From Tubiluchus corallicola (Eukaryota > Animalia > Priapulida), in assembly GCA_030141605.1 (NCBI GenBank), contig JAQGDQ010000227.1, positions 1-64,000 of the forward strand: DNA of 64,000 bases, given 5' to 3'. The position numbers and the translations under genes were made by a program. This document shows, in pieces, positions 58,062 through 64,000 of this stretch (the first letter of the stretch is position 1; every line of letters starts with the position of its first letter). The notes below the pieces were generated by a model that worked only from the letters and a program-made list of their open reading frames with translations, had not been told where the DNA came from and ran no database searches.

Positions 58062-58500
58062 AGTCATCATCGTTGTCGTTATTATCATCATCATCATCAT
58101 CGTCGTCGTCGTGTTCGTCATCATCGTCATCACATCATCGTCATCACCATCATCATCATCATCATCATTATCATCACAGTCGTCGTCGTCGTGTTCGTCA
58201 TCATTGTCATCATCATCATCATCATTATCATCATCATCATCATTGTCATCACCATCGTCGTCATCGTCGTCATCATCATCATCACAGTCGTCATCATCAT
58301 CATAATCATCACCATCATCACCATCGTCGTCATCATCATCATCATCATCACAGTCGTCATCATCATCATCATCATCACAGTCGTCGTCATCATCATCATC
58401 ATCATAATCATCACCATCATCACCATCGTCGTCATCATCATCATCATCATCATCATCATCACAGTCGTCGTCATCATCATCATCATAATCATCATTATAG
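58062..58500. repeat. (CAT/CGT)n array
   Basis: read directly from the sequence. Confidence 0.93.
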
Positions 58501-58619
58501 TCGTTTTTAGCTTCATTCCTTATTATTTGGTTGCCTTCATAAACTATAATTTTTAGTAACTATAAAATTTTCAGTTTAAAAATACAATTAGACGAACGTG
58601 GATATTTTTTTGTTTTAAG

Positions 58620-58706
58620 CTGACCCGGACGAAAGAGGAAAGAAGCCACCTCATAAGAAGAGTCTTCATGCTGTTCTCACTCCTGATGACTTTAAGCTTC
58701 TAAACG
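58620..58706 (+). CDS. PDE7: PDE7-like phosphodiesterase exon
   Basis: tgttttaag| and |gtaact; 87 nt, phase 1-1; ADPDERGKKPPHKKSLHAVLTPDDFKLLN (compare the PDE7 DFRIFH exon end). Confidence 0.72.
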
Positions 58707-59004
58707 GTAACTAAAATGTGATGATTTTCTTACACCTAGTTATACGTCTCTTACACAAGTTACACATTTTCAACTTTACACATTTTGTGATGTATCTGTA
58801 CAGATATTATACAAAAATGTAGAAATTGAAAAATATTTTGCTTTGCCTAAATAACCAAAACTTATACATAACACTCAAACAGCCTTATTTAAAAAATTGG
58901 TGTTTGATTGCACATACTTTTGTACATAATTTTTATGTCATTTCTAAGTTTGAGTTTATGATGACGACTATGATGATGATGATAATGATGATGATGATGA
59001 TGAT

Positions 59005-59048
<44 letters not shown>

Positions 59049-59070
59049 CGACGATGATGATGATGATGAT

Positions 59071-59117
<47 letters not shown>

Positions 59118-59325
59118 TGATGATGATGAATCTTTGCTGAAAATAAATAAATATTTAAATATTTATCACGTTCCCTAAAACTCTATTCATTTCAGGGGTA
59201 CTGAAAAGATTAGTAATTATTGTACTACAAAATTTAATAGTGTCTTCTATATAGTAATCAGTAATTGTTGACGGTGAATGTATTTAAACAATGATTACTG
59301 CAATCACATTGTTTGGCGGCTAGCA

Positions 59326-59616
59326 AGCGTTTTGACAGTTTCGTTGCGCGCATGCGCAGTTGCTGTAGGTCAAAAGGTAAGTGTACCAGCGACGCGTCTT
59401 AAATACGTGTGACATGTGAGTAAAACAAAGACGTCTGCCCTATCAGTTCAGTAACTTTAGTTGTTTAACATGAACTTTTATTAATTATAATTATGCATTA
59501 ATCTGTGCGCAGAATGGTCTAGCAAGTGTGTTGTCAAGTGTGCAGAAATGCGTCTGGTATTCTTAACCTTTGACCTTTTCACGATCATCATCAATCGCTG
59601 AAATTGTGAAAAGGCT
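59326..59616 (+). mobile_element. MITE family E (internally deleted)
   Basis: AGCGTTTTGACAGTT...ATTGTGAAAAGGCT|TA. Confidence 0.72.
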
Positions 59617-59801
59617 TATTGGCATTGTGATGTGTAACAAGTGCAAGTTAATGGCCTGGAATACCACATTACTAGATTTTTGATATGATGATCTTTTTTG
59701 TAATTGATACGCAATTTAAAAATATCATACTGAAAATTTCTATTATAGTTAAACCTAATTAATTAATTAACTTTTAACAATTAAACTTGTGTCTGTTTTA
59801 G

Positions 59802-60014
59802 ATGTCGGGTCGACCTATCAGCTTCCGAATCTGACTACCCGATTCCAAAGCCTTCCACACAAGAAACGGAAGCGCAGACCGTCCACAGCTGCGCCGGAAA
59901 CAAAAAGCAACCGGGCAGTGGTTGATGCATTTTATCACCAAGAGGTGGCGCTGTTGCTTCAGTGTTCCAGCAGCTGGGCCTTTGACATCTTTGCTCTAGA
60001 ACGCATAACATCAA
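59802..60014 (+). CDS. PDE7: PDE7-like cAMP phosphodiesterase exon entering the catalytic domain
   Basis: ctgttttag| and |gtaagt; 213 nt, phase 1-1; VVDAFYHQEVALLLQCSSSWAFDIFALERITS aligns with PDE7 [31 protein letters not shown] as recalled; the gene continues beyond the window. Confidence 0.85.
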
Positions 60015-60539
60015 GTAAGTCACGTGATCATTTGTAAACCTTTCAGGAAAGTTGAAAACATTAGTTCCTTTACTCCACAGAGGACGCAGCCGCAACATTC
60101 TGGTTTATTTGAAACTAAATTCGATGCAGCAACGATCCTTATCATCTTCCTCTTATTTCTGTTCGTTTTGTCCAGCTGTGCTCATCATATAATCATTTTT
60201 TAGTTTAGATAAAGCCTCAGATACCTATTGATTTTGATCCCAGGGATATCAGACCCATTACTTTGTCTGTTGCGACTTTGACAGTCGAATTTTGAACACT
60301 TTCGTATGGGATTCTTATCCAATGCTACAAAGGTCTATTTTATTGTCATGACAGATTTTCCAAAGAAACCACCACCTCCCCCCTCTTGCGTGGACAAGCA
60401 TGGTGTTTCTTGTTGTCACAGTTATATGACCATTCGAAAACAGTAATAATAATAATAATAATAATAATAATCTTTATTTAAGGTCGGCTTTTGGGTTAAC
60501 AATTAACATTAGCTCAAAGAGCTATTATCGCCGACTGTA

Positions 60540-60725
60540 AATTACAACCTACGACTACATAACAGTGACTATTATTACCCCACTTTTACCGTAAATACCA
60601 CGCGTCAGGCTGGGCAACAGCAGGTACCATTTTTAAAGTCGTTGGTATGTCCCGGCCGCTGGTTCGAACTCACGACCTCGCAGACGGAAAGCAGGCGCAT
60701 TACCACTAGACTAAACCGTCTGGTC
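60540..60725 (-). mobile_element. MetaSINE copy
   Basis: reverse complement of 19447-19625. Confidence 0.8.
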
Positions 60726-61619
60726 GAATGGTTTGTAGGGTAGTCAACACGATGTAGAATGAAATGTATCATCTCAAGCTCTCAGAAGCTATCATACACT
60801 CACACCCAAAATGGCGATAATTAAGTTAACTGGCCAAAAATTTAAACTCACTGTACAGCAGCAATGAGCTTATACCCTATATATAGAACCATAGAAATTA
60901 ATAACAATTCAGGATTCTAGCAGTACGTATTTAACTGCTGATTGAACAAATGCTTATAAAGAATTACGGGAGGAACGTTCGTCGGTCGTTTGAAACAAAT
61001 AGACTTAATTGTGATCAGCAGAACACTTCATTTTTCATTGTCCGTTACCATTTTCATTGTCCGTTACCATTTCCATTGTCCGTTACCATTTTCATTGTCC
61101 GTTACCATTTTCATTGTCTGTTATCATTTGTTAAACAAGATGTAAGAGTAAATCTCGAGCGCGGCTTAGAAAATAATGACATTCGAACCATTTACAGAAA
61201 GAGAGACACTAATGTAATTAAAATGTATATAGATATTGCAAAAGAACTCACCCAAAATGATCTCATCGTATATTGACTATACTGGCGTACTGTTTATATA
61301 GGAATGACATTAACGTAAGATGATCTATGTATGTAGAAGCTACAACATATACTACTTGTACATACAGTATAACATGTATAAACATTGTACGCAAATATTA
61401 GAAATGTAATTAAACTTGATAAATCGTAATGCAGAATTGTTAGCTTGTTTAGTAAGAAATTGGTAACTGTGAAGAATTTAATTAAAAAATTTATTTAATG
61501 TGCATAATGTAAAGATTTATTGATTTATTTAACATTTTTGTACTTGTGTGCCCTGCAAATAGATGGCTTATTGTATCATTTTCAATAAAGATTTTTAATA
61601 ATAATACTAATAATAATAA

Positions 61620-61631
61620 TCTCTTTCTCTC

Positions 61632-61669
<38 letters not shown>

Positions 61670-61711
61670 GTTCTCTCTCCCTCTCTCTCTCTCTCGCTCG
61701 CTCTCTCTCTC

Positions 61712-61763
<52 letters not shown>

Positions 61764-61814
61764 CCTCTCTCTCTTTCTCTCTTTCTCTCTCTCTTTCTCT
61801 CCCTCTCCTTCTCC

Positions 61815-61877
<63 letters not shown>

Positions 61878-61997
61878 GTCTCTCTTTCTCTCTCTCCCTC
61901 TCCTTCTCCCTCTCGTTCTCTCTCCCTCTCTCTACCTCTCTCTCTCTCCCTCTCTCTCTCTCCCTCTCTCTCTCTCTCTGTCTCTCTTTCTCTTTCT
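61620..61997. repeat. (CT)n microsatellite
   Basis: read directly from the sequence. Confidence 0.95.
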
Positions 61998-62231
61998 AGC
62001 ACTGTACGTATTTAGCCTCGCCCACGTGCATGACCTTTTCAAATACAGGTTTCTTGAGTACGTGGTAAATGTTAGCAATATCTTATTAATAATGGGTGCC
62101 AAACGTTATGCCACTGTCTTATTAATAATGATTCAGCTATACTGTCTGTGCGTGCTAAGCGTTTAGTAAAGGGTATATAATGGCTCAAAGCTTGGCACGT
62201 ATAATAATAATACCGTATATACCGTATAATA

Positions 62232-62870
62232 CCTGAAGTGATTTCAGAAAAATTGCCATAAAGAATTATATTACTTTACAGCAATTTTATACATATGTCG
62301 TACTCGCGTTAAAAGGAATTTTTGTTTGTTTTCATTTTAAATCTCCAGCAATACTCCCATTACATGACGTCACCTACGCAGAGAGCAAATCAGGGAAAAG
62401 AAAAGAAATGTTAAATTGTGACCCATGAAATTTTCCATGTAAATCAATATTATTTAGCATGTAGGTTACCTGCTGGAAAGACTTGTGTAACTAGAAATAA
62501 TAGTTTAAAATGTTCGTGCCAATTGGAAAAATGTCGCAGGCTCACCCTCCAGGGTGCGGCACTCACTAATCAAAAAACGTATTTTTATCTTATTGACAAG
62601 ATACAGTTTTTTAAAATTGTACCTAATTAGTAACATGCCTGCTACGAATGCTCTGATTACTTTTTCAAAGTTTACAAAATGCTATCTAAACTTGTTTCAA
62701 ATGACCTACCATTAAAATGGCTGCGCCTAAGGGCCATCGCGGGAGTTTAATTTTACAAGTTTTCTACAGTCTTACTGCCGACACAAGCCCTGCATGCAAA
62801 AAGCCAGTATGTCATTGGCATAAAATTTCAAGATGAATTTTAAGCTCTGTGTAAGTGGGGGGTTTTCTTA
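62232..62870 (+). mobile_element. Kolobok-like MITE, family D
   Basis: colinear with 11880-12520; ends are degraded. Confidence 0.7.
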
Positions 62871-63521
62871 TAAACGACGCAGATTAATTCTTAATGACAA
62901 GAAAAGTGACAACGAATAAAAAAATGAAGTAATTACTTCGAGCTTTTATTTGTATTATTAATAACACGTGAAAGAAACAATCTAAAAAGATACAGAAGCA
63001 CAGCAGAATAGAAGAGCAATAGGAAACACAATAGGAATGTTTTTTTAGTTTTAGTTTATTATTATCACATTCAGTACAACAGAAAGCACATAGTGACATC
63101 AAAATTATGTCATACTGTAATAAATTATTATGTTTTATACACTATCGTTATCATAAAAGAATAATTGTACTGCAGTGGGCTAGAGAAGCAAAGGCTTGTA
63201 TAAGCCCACTGTCATGTGAATCGGACAAAAAAAGAATGGGTGAGTGAACAAAAAAAACACTGGGAGAAAGGTTAGATCACACAGGAAGGGTAAAAGGAGA
63301 GTTAGTGGAAATGGTAGAAAGACAGTAGATTGTGCTATGTTGACATCAGCTCTAAAGATTTATCAATGATGCCTTGTTTTGCATAATCTGTACCAGGATT
63401 GTGGTATGGCTGCTGCAGTATATGTAGGATATTAGGAAGTGTTAAAGTAAGAAATTACTAGTTAGACACAATCACAGAACAGCGTGGTCACAACAGAAAC
63501 TAACTTTTTCCATTAACTTAA

Positions 63522-64000
63522 AGGAAGACAGGACGACAGACAGGTTTTTCATGTACTGCCACATTTTTAAGTCCGAAGTAAACATTTTAACACAATTAAT
63601 ACTGCAAAAGTGTTTCTGATAATTAAGTAATAGATTAAAATCTTAATTAGCGGTGGGCGAGCCCAATTATTGATGACATCACAAATTAACATAATTTTCA
63701 AACAGCAAAAATATTCCGCGAGCGTGTTGCGCGTGTATTCGAAAGCGAAGATTGAAGTACAGTGCTCAGATATTCAGTGTGTTGTACTAAAACTAGACAA
63801 GTTTTACGATAAAAATTGAAATTTCAAATTTACCGATTTACCGCTGTGCTCACACATGAGCTGTCTAACGTGTGTAATTCGTCACAAATTAACACATCTG
63901 AACGGAGAGGTACAGCCCTTGTTTCTTGTGCAATGCCTTTCTGAAATCCAGGCGATAGTCTAACTGCGAATGGCGAAATGCAGGTAACAGCGAAGAACTA
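63522..64000 (-). mobile_element. Kolobok-like MITE, family A (cut by the window edge)
   Basis: TTAA|AGGAAGACAGGA terminus; the body is the reverse complement of 5540-5978. Confidence 0.75.

Overview
This is AT-rich, intron-rich and microsatellite-dense animal genomic DNA, probably from a marine invertebrate; the species cannot be determined from the sequence. Almost all ORFs in the supplied track are artefacts of simple repeats. Two spliced protein-coding genes can be read on the + strand. (1) The 3' eight exons of an IQ-motif protein resembling IQCM span 61-9760 and end in TGA. (2) The 5' part of a PDE7-type cAMP phosphodiesterase has exons at 50542, 58620 and 59802 and runs off the window; candidate upstream exons lie at 36626, 40839 and 42718. 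The rest is a layered record of mobile elements: several TTAA-flanked Kolobok-like MITE families, two hAT MITEs with perfect 8-bp TSDs, a piggyBac-like MITE, a solo LTR with a 5-bp TSD, Meta-domain tRNA SINEs, a 5S-rRNA-headed SINE, decayed LINE fragments, minisatellites and microsatellites. The most notable observations are: a possible 69-aa three-exon uORF overlapping the PDE7 entry frame; full CRE palindromes carried by MITEs around a cAMP PDE gene; a 5S-derived SINE with a fold-back tail; and a long inverted duplication bearing a Penelope-type hammerhead-like motif. No clearly new multi-gene system is evident. Family assignments come from remembered motifs and were not checked by any search.
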